64,000 bases of DNA from the human T2T-CHM13v2.0 reference genome, Homo sapiens (GCF_009914755.1 NC_060931.1), one strand, 5' to 3'; positions 1 to 14,095 are shown, counted from the stretch's first letter. Program-made: numbers and translations. Notes: generated from the letters alone by a model not told the origin.

Positions 1-519
1 ACTGCTGTTTATCCTCATATTAGCTTATGCTTCACAAAGGCTTGACTTTTTCTTTCCCTGAGAAGTGAGGAGTAATCTCTCCATGCTTTAGAATCTTCCC
101 AAATTATTATGTTGATATCAGCACCATTCCTTGTGTGGAGGAAGGATAATCATATCAGATAACTTGTTCTTGGCTGATTCTCTCCCCTAAATCTTCTGAG
201 TCTTGGAAGAGCATCCTTCTACCCTTTTTTCTCTCACTACCTTTATATCATATACAGGCAGCTTTCACTTTATACAGAGGCAGAGTACCATAAAAATGAC
301 AATGCAAAACAAGATCATGCAAAGCAATCTTAATAATCAGTTGGAAAATTGTGATTGCTCCCTGGCATTTAAAAATTTGTGTTAAAAATATCAAAAGCTT
401 TTTATTGTCAATTACAAATGTATAGGGAATGACAACAATAATAAAGCTGTTATTTATTTAGCACAGTGTAAATGACAAAAATCGGAAACACTGAGACCTA
501 AAACGTTTTATTTATTTGT

Positions 520-550
520 AAAAAAACAAAACAAAACAAAACAAAAAAAA
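520..550 (+). repeat. (AAAAC)n / A-rich microsatellite
   Basis: aaaaaacaaaacaaaacaaaacaaaaaaaa seen directly. Confidence 0.9.
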
Positions 551-551
551 C

Positions 552-1344
552 TTGTTGAGTAGTTTGGACAGATTGTCTTCTTTTACTTTTCATAACTTAT
601 GATAATTAGTGAACACTTTAACCATGCCTTCAAAATCGTTATATTTCTTTCTAAGTATGGAACAGCTCCAACATTTTCTCCTTTGCACCCTCGATGTCAT
701 GAAATATCTCCAAGAGTTCCTTTAATGTGAAGATTTCTGCTGGTGTCAGTTCCTCTGGGACATCTTCATCCTTTTTGTCAAAACCTCTTTCCTCATTTCT
801 GTCGGTAAGTTCACCTTCACTCAGTTCCTCAGGCTATGTATATAGTCTCTCCAATGGCAGCAGTGTCAACACTCCCACAGCCAGCTCTTTCTTTATAACT
901 CCATTCACTTTCAATTAGAATTTCACTTCCAGCATTATCCCGTTTTGTTTCGTTGCTGCACTTTTATCTTTTTTGGACATTTCTCTTGTTGGATTATATA
1001 TTTTTGTAAAATGTAAGATGGCTTTATCATCGGGAGACCAGGAGGAAACACAATCACATGCTTTGCTGTCTGTACATGAACATGCAGTTGCACAGAGCCC
1101 AGTCACTGACAGATTGTGAAAGAAGTAATGTGATTGGCCACTGATCATGATGCACATCTTCTACATAGTGAAATGTGGACTGAAGAACTAGTGGTGAAGT
1201 TTATGTTTTACCCGATTACTCATAATTAATATACCATAGTGACTAAAATTTAAATCATGTTTCCAGGGGACTGGTGTCATTTAACTAAACTGTGGTATCT
1301 GGAATTCCTGCATATCAGAACTGTGCCAAAAGAAGTTTGCCTGT
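552..1344 (-). mobile_element. Tigger13a-like TcMar DNA transposon
   Basis: Reverse strand reads caggcaaacttc...ttctgatatgcaggaattccagataccacagtttagttaaatgacaccagtcccc and ...aaagtgcagcaacgaaacaaaacgggataatgctggaagtgaaatt, resembling the remembered Tigger13a consensus. Confidence 0.7.
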
Positions 1345-1589
1345 GCTTTTCTTACCCTAGGTGGCCTTCACACTCCTGTCTCCAGAGGCTATAAATGTAG
1401 TGCAACTGCAGAGAAAGAAACTGAACTAGGGAAAAGAAAAATCATTAGAAAGTAGTTGAAAAATACTGACTTTATTTTATTAAAATATTGTTGATACATA
1501 CATAGTTGCTTAACATAGTGTTTATGACTTTCACATTATTAATATTTACCAACATGACTTTATGACTGCATAATATTTCATCAGACAAT

Positions 1590-1830
1590 AATAAATTTTA
1601 CTGTTTCTAGGTACCAGATACTGTCTCAAATGCTTATAGTATTATCTAATTTAATGCTCTTAATATTTTGAGATGGGTACTATTATTACCTATTTCATTT
1701 CAAAAATTACAAAATCAAGGTACAAAGAGATTAAATTCATACTCAAAGATGTACATCTTACAAGTGAGAAGCTATGATTTGAATTCAAGCAATATGATTC
1801 TAGTGCCCTGTCCTCCTTTTTACTAGGCTA
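1590..1830 (-). mobile_element. MIR SINE
   Basis: Core-like motifs gatgggtactattattacctatttc and gatttgaattcaagcaatatgattctag. Confidence 0.7.
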
Positions 1831-1839
1831 TACTACAAT

Positions 1840-2340
1840 ATTACTTATTCATTCTAAACCCTTTAGTTGAGTACTTAGACTTTTTTCCTGCTATCTTTAT
1901 ACAGAAATCTTTGTATACATTCATGATTTTCCTTTAGCAAAAAAGAAAGAAAAATCCATGACTTGAATTACTGCATCAAATTTTATAGGTCTTTTCAAGG
2001 TTTTCAGTTGCATTTTGCAAATCACTTTTGAAAATATTTGTATCAATTTATATTTTCATAAGCAATGCATTAGACTGCCCATTTAGAAAATCCTCACCAA
2101 CTAAAATAGTTGCACATATTTTTTTGTGACTTTTGTAGTTTTCTTTTGTCAATTACTGTTATTCTTTGCCATTTTTAATTGGGTATTTTTTCAAGTTTTT
2201 AGTATACTTTTTATATATTAATGATAATAAGATCTTATTTTGTATCTTGGATGTATTCTAGTCATTTCAGTACTATTTTAGATAGCTATTGGTATTTATA
2301 GGAAAGCCGTGGTTTTTGCATATTTATTTTGCAACTATTC
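1840..2340 (-). mobile_element. Old L1 (L1ME-like) fragments
   Basis: tatcaatttatattttcataagcaatgcattagactgcccattt is typical of antisense L1 ORF2/3' sequence. Confidence 0.55.
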
Positions 2341-3269
2341 TGTTTATCGTATGAGGCAGAGACACTGTGAAAATAGCATAAAGTGAGAGTCAGTATAAAA
2401 GAACAGCTATGATAATGAGGTTAGGATTTATGGCAGTACTGTATGGGTTTGTTTTAAAATTCAATATATAAAGTAAAATTGGACATATAATATAAGATTA
2501 GAATTATCCAGAGTAACTTAAGAACTCAAAGTTCTGAGCAGACCTACAAGGAATCAGTTAGAATCTATTACCACAACTAAGGAAGAAAGGCAGAACAAAA
2601 CTTGCAGCAGAATTGTGATTTAATGCTGAGTTATAAAAATGCGGGCTTAGGATTTCACCGACATAGGGGTCAGAGACTGAGGCAGATATGGACTGGCAAG
2701 CTGCAGGGGCCAGGGACCTGATAATTAAGTTGAATCCTCCCTTAATTAATCACATCACATCCAATAAGACAGGTGAGGAGTGGTAATAATGACACTTATA
2801 TAGATTTTGCATATTATAAAATTAAATGAAGAGGTGGCACAATCGGGTGACTTATTTATATAATGCAAAGTAAGTCTTTCAGACTGACTATCGTGGAGTT
2901 CCCTGTTGTTTGAGAACTTTGGTCTAGCTACCTTCATGGCAGAGTCTCATTCATAAAACTAACCTTAGAATTATTAATACTATCAGATTATGTAAATGTG
3001 ATCGCATGACCCTACCATTACTTCCACCTTTTCAATTACTGACTCCTTTGTGCTAATTAATCATTTCAGGCCTCTGATTTTGTTTTATACTAATGGTAAC
3101 ATAATTTTTAAAAATAATATTTACCTATATGGATAATACCTTAATTGTGTGAATGTCAGAATAATACAAATAATACCACAGAGAAATTGACAGAGATGAT
3201 AACTCCGGTTTGGTAAGCAATCAATAATAGACTTTGCCTTTATGGTTCTAATAACTGATTATGATTTTT

Positions 3270-3370
3270 TTTCTTTTGTTTTTTTTTTTTTTTGAGACAG
3301 AGTCTCGCTCTGTTGCCCAGGCTGGAGTGCAGTGGTGCCATCTCAGCTCACTGCAAGCTCCGCCTCCCGG
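3270..3370 (-). mobile_element. Heavily 5'-truncated AluY with 15-bp TSD
   Basis: Poly-T tail then gagacagagtctcgctc...gcaagctccgcctcccgg; ctgattatgattttt at 3255-3269 and 3371-3385. Confidence 0.9.
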
Positions 3371-5434
3371 CTGATTATGATTTTTAAATGCTACATCACT
3401 GTTTTGATGGGTATAGGACAAAGTTAATAAGTGCCCCTAAAGTGGTCCCTTCCAAGCCAATTTATCTCAAAGTATGTTTATATTTTATCATAAAATAAAT
3501 GTAATTGTAAAAATCTGATTAATTTTAGGGTATTTGATGTGTCAAGTTTTTCTTTCCTGTCATCATAAATGGAATCCTCATTCTTAAGAGCCTTCCTTGG
3601 TTCTCTGAACATTTAAGAGGATCAACTTGACAAGAAGAATAATTTTCAAGCTGTTTTAAATTTCTACATTGCACTTTTTAATAAAATTCACTTACCCAGA
3701 TTCTTAAAAATGTATAATAATGCCACATCACATGGTATTTTTGTCCAAACATTAAATGAAAATGTTTCATGTTTTGTTTATTGACTATAGAATGCCCTGA
3801 AGAGTGCCACAAAGATTATTTCAATTTTGCAGTAGCCAGTGTAGTGAGTAATCTATAATTTACCCTATACAAGTGATACTGATTTACGTAATTTAATCAC
3901 GCAGAGATTACTAAATTACCAAAGGCTGCAGAGTCTTATTAAAGGAAGTATATACATTTCAATTTATTTGTTTCTTACCTTACAAGAACATCTCCCAGTC
4001 GAATCAGAAATTATAATTCAAATTAGCATAGCCAGAGGATTTTACAGACTCTAAAAGAAATGTGTTATTTATTATCAACTCCATTGAGTTGTTCCCAAAT
4101 TATCACTTTATGCAAAAGAATACATGCGGTCACTATTTTGTAGCTGAGACATCATTAGCCTTCATTTTTCACCAGTTAGATTTTCACCTGTGCTCCTTGC
4201 AAAGCCCAGGAACTTCAGACTTGTAGAATTACTCTCACCCATCCCTCCAGGTTGATGAAAATGGGAAGCAGCTCTTTCCTACAAGAAATTAACCCATCAC
4301 CTCCTAACCTCTGAGGTCATATCTAAAGAGCTATTATGCTGTAATTTAAAATTATCTTTCTTATAATAAACCCACAATAGTCCAGTCAGTGATTTTAATA
4401 TCAAGAAATGTTGATATCTGATATAGGGCATATTTGCATTGCTGAAGAATGTCAGAGCAAATTCTTTCTAAAATGATATTTTCAACTACTATAGTTGCAT
4501 TTAAATCATAGGCAATTGCATAGCTCATTTTCTCCTGTAATTTAAAGTTCCATTCCTAGTTTTATTTATAGGAAAAGACCTTAACAAGTATAACTGAGGA
4601 AGAATTGAACAGTTACTTTATCTTTTGAGCATCACGAGCATTTCTGCTTTAGCTGAATAAATATATTCCCTAGCCTCTTCCACTCTCCTCTCATCTTCAC
4701 CCTCCCAACTGTGGAGAATATGTTTGTTTACATTACATTTTGGTTTTGAAAAGTTTTGTAATATTATAAAAGAAACATGCCTGAACATAATAGAAACTTA
4801 CAATTACCTCAGTGATACAAAGACAATGCTCCTCTATTTTTTGAGAAAATGTAAATTAGAAAATGAGAAGTTACTGCAGCTGAGCAATCAAAGATAAATA
4901 GTTGGCCAGAGAGCCTACCCCAGAAGAAAACTAATGTATATTTGTGAGCATACTTCATGCGATACAAATCAGCAACTAAGAGCAGCATCGATGATTCAGA
5001 GCTGAGAGTAAATTGTTAGAAAACCTGCAAATGGACTAAAAGTGATAAATCATCCTGATTAAAGTGCATTATTTGGGACCGTGAAATGTTTTTGTTCCTT
5101 CTGCAAATCTACTCTTTGCCACTATTTCTTAATAAACACCTATTTTCTGGAGAGTAATGCTAGAATAACTGTTCTAAACACCATTTTGATTCTGCCAAAC
5201 AAACTACTTATCATTTTCCCCACATCACTTCTCAAATATTTCCTTTTACCTAACACATTGGTCTACACATAAGAACATAATATTAATATTTATTGAATTC
5301 AATGATGGAAAGAATATAGAGTCCTTATCTTTAGAGCCAGCAAAATATTAACTCATTCTACTTCTTTTGTCTTATTTTACTCTGTGCCTAAAACTGTCAT
5401 CCACTAATGTAATCAGACTGGTTTCTTCACTTAT

Positions 5435-5814
5435 TGTATTAGTCTGTTCTCACACTGCTATGAAGAAATACCCGAGACTGGGTAATTTATAAAGGAAAGA
5501 GGTTGAATTGACTCACAGCTCCACATGTCTGGGGAGGCCTCAGGAAACTTACAATCATGGCAAAAGGCAAAGGGTAAGCAAGGACCTTCTTCATATGGTG
5601 GCAGGAGAGAGAAGAGTAAGGAGCGAAGAGGGAAGATCCCCTTATAAAACTATCAGATCTCATGAGAACTTAACTCACCATCATGAGAATAGCATGGGAG
5701 AAACTGTCTCCTTGATCCAGTCACCTCCCACCAGATCTCTCCCTAGACACACAGGGATTATGGGGATTACAATTCAAGATCAGGTTTGGGTGGGGACACA
5801 GCCAAACCATATCA
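5435..5814 (-). mobile_element. THE1D/MSTA-type MaLR solo LTR
   Basis: tgtattagtc...ccaaaccatatca termini; 5-bp TSD cttat/cttgt. Confidence 0.9.
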
Positions 5815-5889
5815 CTTGTCAACAAGCAAATCTTGCACTTGTTTTGTCCCTTCTTGATAACCCATTGTCATTTTGATTGCATAAAATCT

Positions 5890-6195
5890 ATCTATTCCTC
5901 AAAGTAAAATTTAAGCCTCACTTTCCTAATGAGCCTCCTTTAATTTCCCTTTCCCTCATTGTTTATTTCCAATGCCTACCACTATAATGCACAATTTTTA
6001 ACCTAAATATTGATATAGGGATGCAATATCTGGCATTGTACACCATTCTCCTTGTGTATTCATCTGTTTTCCAAATAAAATGATAAATAACTTAAGGATC
6101 AATGTAATGTCTTTAATTTTTCATGTGCGTATATATAGCTTAGTGAAGTTTTGAGAAGTTTGTTATCTACAATAAAATTTATAGATAAATAGGAA
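5890..6195 (+). mobile_element. L2 3' fragment
   Basis: Degenerate L2 3'-end motifs. Confidence 0.45.
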
Positions 6196-6317
6196 TACGG
6201 GATGAAACATATGGGATAAAAGATACCTAGCAGCTACATTATAATCTTTTCAAAATTCTCTGTATTTTCCTATTATTAGTAAGTATCCATGACCACTTTC
6301 TTTTTGAAGAGAGGAAA

Positions 6318-6912
6318 TTTTTTAAATTAACAAATAAAAATTGCATATATTTATCATGTACAACACGCTGTAAAATATGTATACATTATGAAATGGCTAA
6401 AATGAACTAATTAATATATGCATTAACTCACATTTTTTTGTGGTGAGAATACAGAATGTATTCTCTTATGATTTTCAAGAATACCATACATTGTTATTAA
6501 CTGTAGTCATGATATTGTATAATAGATCTATTGAATTTATTTCTCCTATCTAACTGAAATTTTGTAACCTTTGGGCAACATCTCCCCAAACTTCTTCCTT
6601 CTCCAGCTGCTAGTAACTACCATTTTGCTCTCTGCTTCTATGAGTTCAATGTTTAGATTGCACATCTAATTAAGATCATGTAGTATTTGTCTTTTGGCAT
6701 GTGGTTTATTTCACTTAATATAATGTTCTCCAGGCTCATCCATGTTGCCTCAAAAGAAAGGATTTTCTTCTTTTTTATGGCTGAATAGTATTCTATATCA
6801 CAGTTTTTTTGTCCATGCATCCATTAGGATCAGTCAACACTTAGGCTGATTCCCTTATAGCCAATATGTGGAAGTGTTGCTTTCACATCTTGGCTATTGT
6901 GAATAATGCTAC
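6318..6912 (-). mobile_element. L1MA-type 3' end
   Basis: tttatcatgtacaac...gtggtgagaa...ctaactgaaattttgtaacctttg...ctctgcttctatgagttcaa. Confidence 0.85.
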
Positions 6913-9099
6913 AATCCCAAAGCAACATGCAACAATAAATGTGGGCATTACCAAGGGCAGTGGAGAAAGATTGGAATGAATATATTAGAGGGGTGCTCCT
7001 CAACCAACTGGCACATATTATATTTGCATTTTTTAAGATTTTACACAATGCAGTGGGAAGGTGTTAGAATTTTGGATCATGAATCATTAATCACACATCT
7101 TTTCAGTGTGCCTCATAAAAAAGTTAAAAATATTGCTCTCTTGAAATAAATAACATGATGTCCCAACGAAAAAATGTATACAGTGTGAAAGTTAAAGGAA
7201 GGACAAGAGTTCAGAGACTTTAAAACAATTTATGTTTGAAGAAATACAGGCAATGTGACTATCATGACTAAAATATTTTATTGGCAGAGGTGGTGATTGG
7301 AAAAATTATATATCACAGCCTTTAAAGGAATTTATTTCAGTAGTATTGAAATTTTGTTTCTTTTGTGTTGTTTGCTTGTTCATGCATGTTTTTGCTTAGT
7401 CATTATATTTTTCAGGATGTACAAATTGCACTTAAACATAATTCCAGACCCTGCTTATATGAAAAGAATAAGTGCTTCAGGGTGAGCTGCACTGGTGCAA
7501 ATAATAAAATTCTAAATTTAATCTCAGGTTTCCATAATCACCTTTGCAGAATAAAATATTTTATGCAATAAAATTTCACAGTAAAAAAATACTTATCCAC
7601 ATTTAGGTAAATAACTTTACATTTTAATTTAAAAGTAGGAAGGAAAACACTTAAGTTCATTTCTCTCATTCATTGAAAGCCATAAACATCTTTTCACTCT
7701 TTCTTTTACTGCCCCGAAAATCAAAATAACAAATAAATATATCAAAGTCAATCAGCTGTTTGATTAAAAAGTAAAAGATACATTTTCTTAGCCTAGGCCA
7801 GCATCAGCCTTCTATTAGTACTATCAGATACCCCCAGAAACCTGAACAACTAACATGCAATCTCTTTAAATGATCCTTACGGTCTCTCCACAAAGTTAGG
7901 AAATAACCAAACCATATCTAACCTGGACTTAATCCTGACCCACCTAAGACAAGCTAAAGCATCTGGAGGTGAGGTGACAGGACCAGACTCTGCCTTTCAT
8001 CCATAACATCAGCCTTCCAGAGACCCTGAACTAGCCATCTCCCATCCTTGCCTAACTCATGGAGTCCAAGAGATAATAATGAAGTGGCTCTTGTGAACAA
8101 AGTCAAAACCTATGTAAAATTCATCCTAGTACTAGTGTTTGGATCCAAGTACAAACTTCTTTTCTTAATCCATTTCAGCATCTTCTATGCTTCCATATTT
8201 ACGGATTTTCAAAGCATTGCAGGCCACTTCTGGCAGATATCAAAACCTTGGACTACTGTGATCTCTACTCTGAGGTCTCCTCTGAGGACATCACCATACA
8301 ACACCTACAGTGTATGGAGCCCTGCCCACCCCCTTTCCCAGAGATATGGTGTTGAAGAAATTCTAATAAAGAATTTCATGTAAACTTGGTCATGATATGA
8401 CTGCAGGACTAAACCACTGGTTTCTCTTTCAGCCGTATAGAAGGACTGGAAGAGAAAAGACATAGATTTATTTGACTGGTGTAACTGGACTGCTGGTAGT
8501 TTTATGTTAGGCATCCACAAGTCAACCTTCTCTCCTGGGGTGCTTTTGTGGGTTCTTCTGAGATTCCCTTTGCAGGCTTTTACACTATACAACATCATCC
8601 CCGGAAACATGTGAGTGAGTCACACTTCTACTGACTTCATACAACTCCCACTCTCATCTCAGCTTGGCTCCTATCCCCAGTAGTTTGCCTCCAGTGTTTT
8701 TTTGCTAGAGTCCTCTCAGTTATTCAGGCAATCCTCGAGATAGCTCTTGGCCTTCTTTGGTGTTCACCAAAGTTAATATCTAGCTCTTTATTCTATGAAG
8801 TATTAGAAGTGCCAGCTGCACCTCATTCTGCTCTCTCTCCTCCCTCTGCCTCAATAGGTAGCTCTAGCCAGACTCTCCACACCTTACCTAGAGAGATGGA
8901 GCTGCCACACCAGGGGCACATTCCAACTTCTCTGCCATCATGATTCATGAAGACCAGGACTGTGTAAACCTTGTACACTGGTATTAGTCACTGACATTAG
9001 TCACTGACATCTAATGGGTATTAAATACATATTTGTTGAATTAATAAATGAATGAATTAGCTTTGACTTGCTTGACGGAAACTAAAAACCCCATATTCA

Positions 9100-9430
9100 G
9101 CTGGTACACGGTCTCTGGAGGATACTTTGATCATTTTCATCAGAAATACTTTTTTTAAAATTTCTTTTCTTCAACCTAGGTGTGCCAATTTGAGGAATTC
9201 ATCTTAAGAAAATAATTCAGGAGGGGCTCACAGATGTGTGTACAAGGATAAGCAATGTCTAATCTAAGCAGAATGAAAACTATGTTCAACAATAGTGGTT
9301 TGGTTAAATTATTGTTAATTCAAACATATGGGACATTATCCTGCCATTAGAATTTTTTGTGTAGATACATGTTACTTGATATGGAAATCGCAGCTTGAAA
9401 ATTTAAAACAATGATAACTTGCAAACAAAT
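9100..9430 (+). mobile_element. Old L1 (L1ME-like) fragment
   Basis: aggaattcatcttaagaaaataattc and ggttaaattattg...atgggacattat. Confidence 0.5.
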
Positions 9431-9479
9431 AAACAGTATCAGACTATTACCTGGAACACAAATGATCTAAGCTCAAATA

Positions 9480-9805
9480 AAATGTTTTAACACCGTTTCA
9501 GGACTTATGTTTCAAGCTAAGTAACAATAACAGTAAACACAGATCTATATGTTCTAAAGAGCACTAACTATTCCAGCAAGTAACCTAGTTTATAAATCTG
9601 ACCATTCCCTGTCAGACCATGATCACTAACTTCTGCTATAAAATAATCATAACTAGAGTTCCTGAAATCCTATATGCACCCTTTCCTCTTGGGACTTACT
9701 TAAATTCTGACAAAATGATGTCCCTTGCTCAGCACGTTTAATAAACCCAATTTTGTATGTATGTTCAATAGGTTTCTTTAGTGGTCTTTGGAAGGGAATT
9801 CAACA
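9480..9805 (+). mobile_element. ERV1-type LTR remnant (MER67/MER92-like)
   Basis: aataaa followed by gtggtctttggaagggaattcaaca terminal motif; the 5' boundary is uncertain. Confidence 0.45.
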
Positions 9806-11289
9806 AAAGAGTTTTGTGATATGTTTTTGTTATATTTAAAATGCAATATGCGTACTTTGATTACGTGGTAGGGTTTTTAATCATTTCAATTGTTTACAAA
9901 ATTATCTGCAATTTATAATTTTTACATGATATTTAATTTTTGTAATATAAAGAGGAAAAATAAATAAAATAATACCCATTGAAAAGAATTAAATTACATC
10001 TAATAACCACTGCCTGTGTAAAGGGAGCCTTAGCCCACTTCTTCTTCTCCCTTCTTCCCACTCTAGTTCTTATTTTCTCTTTGTAAATCTGTCATGCTTT
10101 ATGTCCAGATTATCATATTCAGTTTAATGCATAATTTACATTTCCTTCCAAAAATACTTTTGGCACATGTATATGACTAATATTTATTTATTAATTCCAC
10201 TTTAGTAACTGTATACTCAGATTCTCCTCCATTGTTTCTTTTCAATCTTCTGGATCTGTCAAGAATAAAAGAGGTGTTTTAAAATCCCCCAGAGCGATCA
10301 TCTTTCTACAAATTATTCTTTGTATTTCATGGAACTTTTGCTTTATGATTTCAATGCTATTATTCAGTTCACAGAAATTCATGATTTTTATATTGTCATT
10401 GAGGATTATAACTCTTCCTGATATAAAATTACATTTCAGCCCCATTTAATGATTTTTTGTTACAAATTTTAATTTACTTGAATTATTTATTATTTTATTT
10501 TTAATTGGCAGAAAAATATATATTTATCATGTAAATTCTAATTTATTTGAAATTTAAAGTTACCACCCCGATCTCCTTTTTATTCAAAATAAAGTTGTGA
10601 ATTATTAAAATGTTTATGCTTTTCTGTCATATTGTTGGTTTTTGTTTGTTTTGTTTTTCTTTTCTAAGTAGTCCTATTTGAATTTTTTTGTATTCAATAT
10701 CCTTTTGAAAAAACCTTTTAGAGAAGGTTTTCTTAATGTCTCACTAAGAACTTTTATGTTTACTGTCATGGTTGATGTATTTGCCCCTCTCTGACATGTT
10801 CATAAAAGCTGTATGTAATGCACTAAGTTTTACTCCTGGATGTATATTAAACCAACACAGGTCACTTGTTTTAGAGCTTCGGAGTTTATTGCTCTCCTGT
10901 GAGGCTAGTATTTCTGATATTTTTAAAGAGTTTTAAGTGATTTTAGTATGCAGAGAAAGCTGATAACCACTGATTTAATCAGTATTTAAAAATAGTAAAA
11001 ACTTATACATAAATAAAAATAAACCTTCCTTTTTAGTAAAAACTCATGCACACAAGATAAATGCCATGTGGTTACACTTCAGAATTCCTGAAGTAGAGGA
11101 ATGTATTTCTCTTGACCTCGCCCTTATGAGTACAATGGGTACAAACTGTCCTGTTAGGGGCTTTTGCACAGAGAGGTGAGCAAAGGGAGCAGAGTAGGAG
11201 AGAACTGATTTACACACAAGAAATTCTGGAGCTTCTGTGTAAGTATCAAAAGTAATAGAGTAGATAAAGAGTGGAATTATATCTACTAG

Positions 11290-11525
11290 AAGCCAGCATT
11301 TACTGAGTGCTAGGAACCAATATGCTTATTAACTTGCATAGAATATTGCATGTACTTTGAACAAAAATCCTATGAATTGGATGTTATTATCTGCAGTTTA
11401 CATAGGGAGAAACACACATACACAGGTTAAATAACATACTCAAATGTCCTCAGCAGGTAATAGTGGAACCTGAATATTAATTCAACAGTCAGACTCCAGG
11501 ATATACATTTATAACCCCTGTGCTT
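11290..11525 (-). mobile_element. MIR SINE
   Basis: catttactgagtgc...cctatgaattggatgttattatc...caggttaaataac...cagactccag. Confidence 0.75.
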
Positions 11526-11589
11526 CCAGAGGGTAAAAAAAGTGACTAAGTACTAACACAGATTCTTTTCTTCTCTATGTCAGGAGATG

Positions 11590-13812
11590 TGTATTAGTAC
11601 ATTTTCACACTGCTGATAAAGACATAACTGAGACTGGGAAGAAAAAGAGGTTTAATTGGACTTACAATTCCACATGGCTGGGGAGGCCTCAGAATCATAG
11701 CAGGAGGCAAAAGGCACTTCTTACATGGTGGCAGCAAGAGAAAATGAGGAGATCTGGAAGTGGAAACCCCTGATAAAATGATCAGATCTTGTGAAACTTA
11801 TTCACTACCACGAGAACAGTATGGGGGAAACAGCCAGTATGATTCAAGTTATCTCCCATTGGGTCCCTGGCAATTATGGGAGTACAATTCAAGATGAGAT
11901 CTGGGTGGAGACACAGAGCCAAATCATACGATTCTGCCCCTGGCCCCTCCAAATATCATGTCCTCACATTTCAAAACCAATCGTGTCTTCCTAACAGTCC
12001 CCCAAAGTCTTAACTCATTTCAGCATTAACTCAAAAGTCCACAGACTTATCTGAGACGAGGCAAGTTCCTTCCGCCTATGAGCCTGTAAAATCAAAAGCA
12101 AGTTAGTAACATCCTAGACGCAATGGTGGTACAGATATTGGGTAAATACAGTCATTCCAAATGGGAGAAATTGGCCAAAACAAAGTAGCTACCAGCCCCA
12201 TGCAAGTCCAAAATCCAGCAGTGCAGTCAAGTCTTAAAGTTCCAAAATTATCTCCTTTGACGCCATGTCTCGCATCTGGGTCATGCCGATGTAAGAGGTA
12301 GGTTCTTATGGTCTAGGGAAGCTCTGTCCCTGTGGCTTTTCTGGATACAGCATTCCTCTCAGCTGCTTTCACGGGCTGGCATTGAGTGTCTGTGGTTTTC
12401 CATGTGCAAGGTGCAAGCTGTCGGTGGATCTACCCTTCTGGGGTCTGGAGAACAGTGGCCCTCTTGTCATAGCTCCACTAGGTGGTGCCACAGTAGGGAC
12501 TCTGTGTTGGGGCTCTGACCCCACATTTCCCTTCCACATTGCCCTAGCAGAGGTTCTCCATGAGCGCCCTGCTCCTGCAGCAGACTTCTGCCTGGGCATC
12601 CAGGCGTTTCCATATATGTTCTGAAATCTAGGCAGAGGTCCCCAAATTTCAATTCTTGACTTCTGTACAATCACAGGCTCAACACTACATGGAAGCTGCC
12701 AAGGTTGGGGCTTGCACCCTTTGAAGCCATGGCCTAAGCTCTGCATTGGCCCCTTTCAGCCATGGCTGGAGCAGCTGGGACACAGGGCACCAAGTCCCTA
12801 GGCTGCACACAGCACGGAGACCCTCGGACTAGCCCACAAAAAACATTTTCTCCACTGAAACCTCCAGGCCTGGGATAGGAGGGGCTGCTGTGAAGACCTC
12901 TGACATGCCTTGGGGAGGGACATTCAGCACCTCAAATATATGCAGCCTCCTAGAATTCTCCTCAGAAAGTGTTTTTTTCTTTTCTATCTCATCATCAGCA
13001 TGAAAAATTTCCAAACTTTTATGCTGTTTCCCTTTCAAAACTGAATGCTTTAAAAGCACCCAAATCACTCCTTGAATGCTTTGCTGCTTAGAAATTTCTT
13101 CCACCAGATACTCTAAATAATCTCTCTCAACTTCAAAGTTCCACAGATCTTTAGAGCAGGGGCAAAATGTTGCCATTCTCTTTGCTAAAACAAAGCAAGA
13201 GTCACCTTTGCTCCAGTTCCCAACAAGTTCCTCATCTCCATCTGAGACCACCTCAGCCTGGACCTTATTGTTCATATCACTATCAGCATTTTTGTCAAAG
13301 CCATTCAATAAGTCTCTAGGAAGTTCCAAACTTTCCCACATTTTCTTGTCTTCTTCTGAGCCCTCCAAACTGTTCCAACCTCTGCCTGTTATCCAGTTCC
13401 AAAATTGATTTAACATTTTTTGGTATCTTTTCAGCAGCGCCCCACTCTACTGGTACCAATTTACTGTATTAGTCCATTTTCACACTGCTAATAAAGATAT
13501 ACCCAAGACTGTGAAGAAAAAGAGGTTTAACTGGACTTACAGTGCCACATGGCTGAGGAGGTCTCAGAATCATGGAGGGAGGCAAAATGCACTTCTTACA
13601 TGGTGGTGGCAAGAGAAAATGAGGAAAATGTAAAAGTGGAAACCCCTGATAAAACCATCAGATCTTGTGAGACTTACTCACTACCATGAGAACAATATGA
13701 GTGAAACCGCCCCCACTATTCAAATTATCTTCTACTGGGTCCCTCCCAGTAGAATTATGGGAGTATAATTCAAGATGAGATTTGGGTGGGGACACAGAGC
13801 CTAACCATACCA
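11590..13812 (-). mobile_element. Full-length THE1 (THE1A-like) MaLR provirus
   Basis: LTRs 11590-11931 and 13465-13812, internal 11932-13464 (ORF remnant 12829-13416), perfect TSD agatg (11585-11589, 13813-13817). Confidence 0.95.
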
Positions 13813-13889
13813 AGATGGAAAAAGCCTGAGACCTCAAGTTTTTTTTTTTAGTCTCTTTTGCCTCCTCCCCATAGAAGAACCACCACCTC

Positions 13890-14095
13890 CTTTTTATTTG
13901 CCAGCTTTATAGTACTTATCACAATGCTAGTTCATGTATAATTATTGTACATTTTTTGTGGGGGGGTATTGTTTGCCTTCTTATCTAGACTGACAATCCT
14001 TGAGGGCAGAATTCATATTTGTGGTTTCCTGCTGGGTTCCCTGCTTCTAGCATAGTGCCTGTCCCATGCAAAACAATGAATTAATATGTGAATAC
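13890..14095 (+). mobile_element. L2 3' end
   Basis: ctagactgacaatccttgagggcag...ctagcatagtgcctg. Confidence 0.7.

Noticed and set aside
8983-9010. Short tandem duplications here and at about 14272-14305, 40843-40860 and 52438-52460
   Set aside because: Ordinary replication slippage; no repeat-spacer array structure.
12829-13416. 195-aa ORF, the longest in the track, and related ORF 41824-42126
   Set aside because: Remnants of the THE1 internal ORF in decayed proviruses, not host genes.
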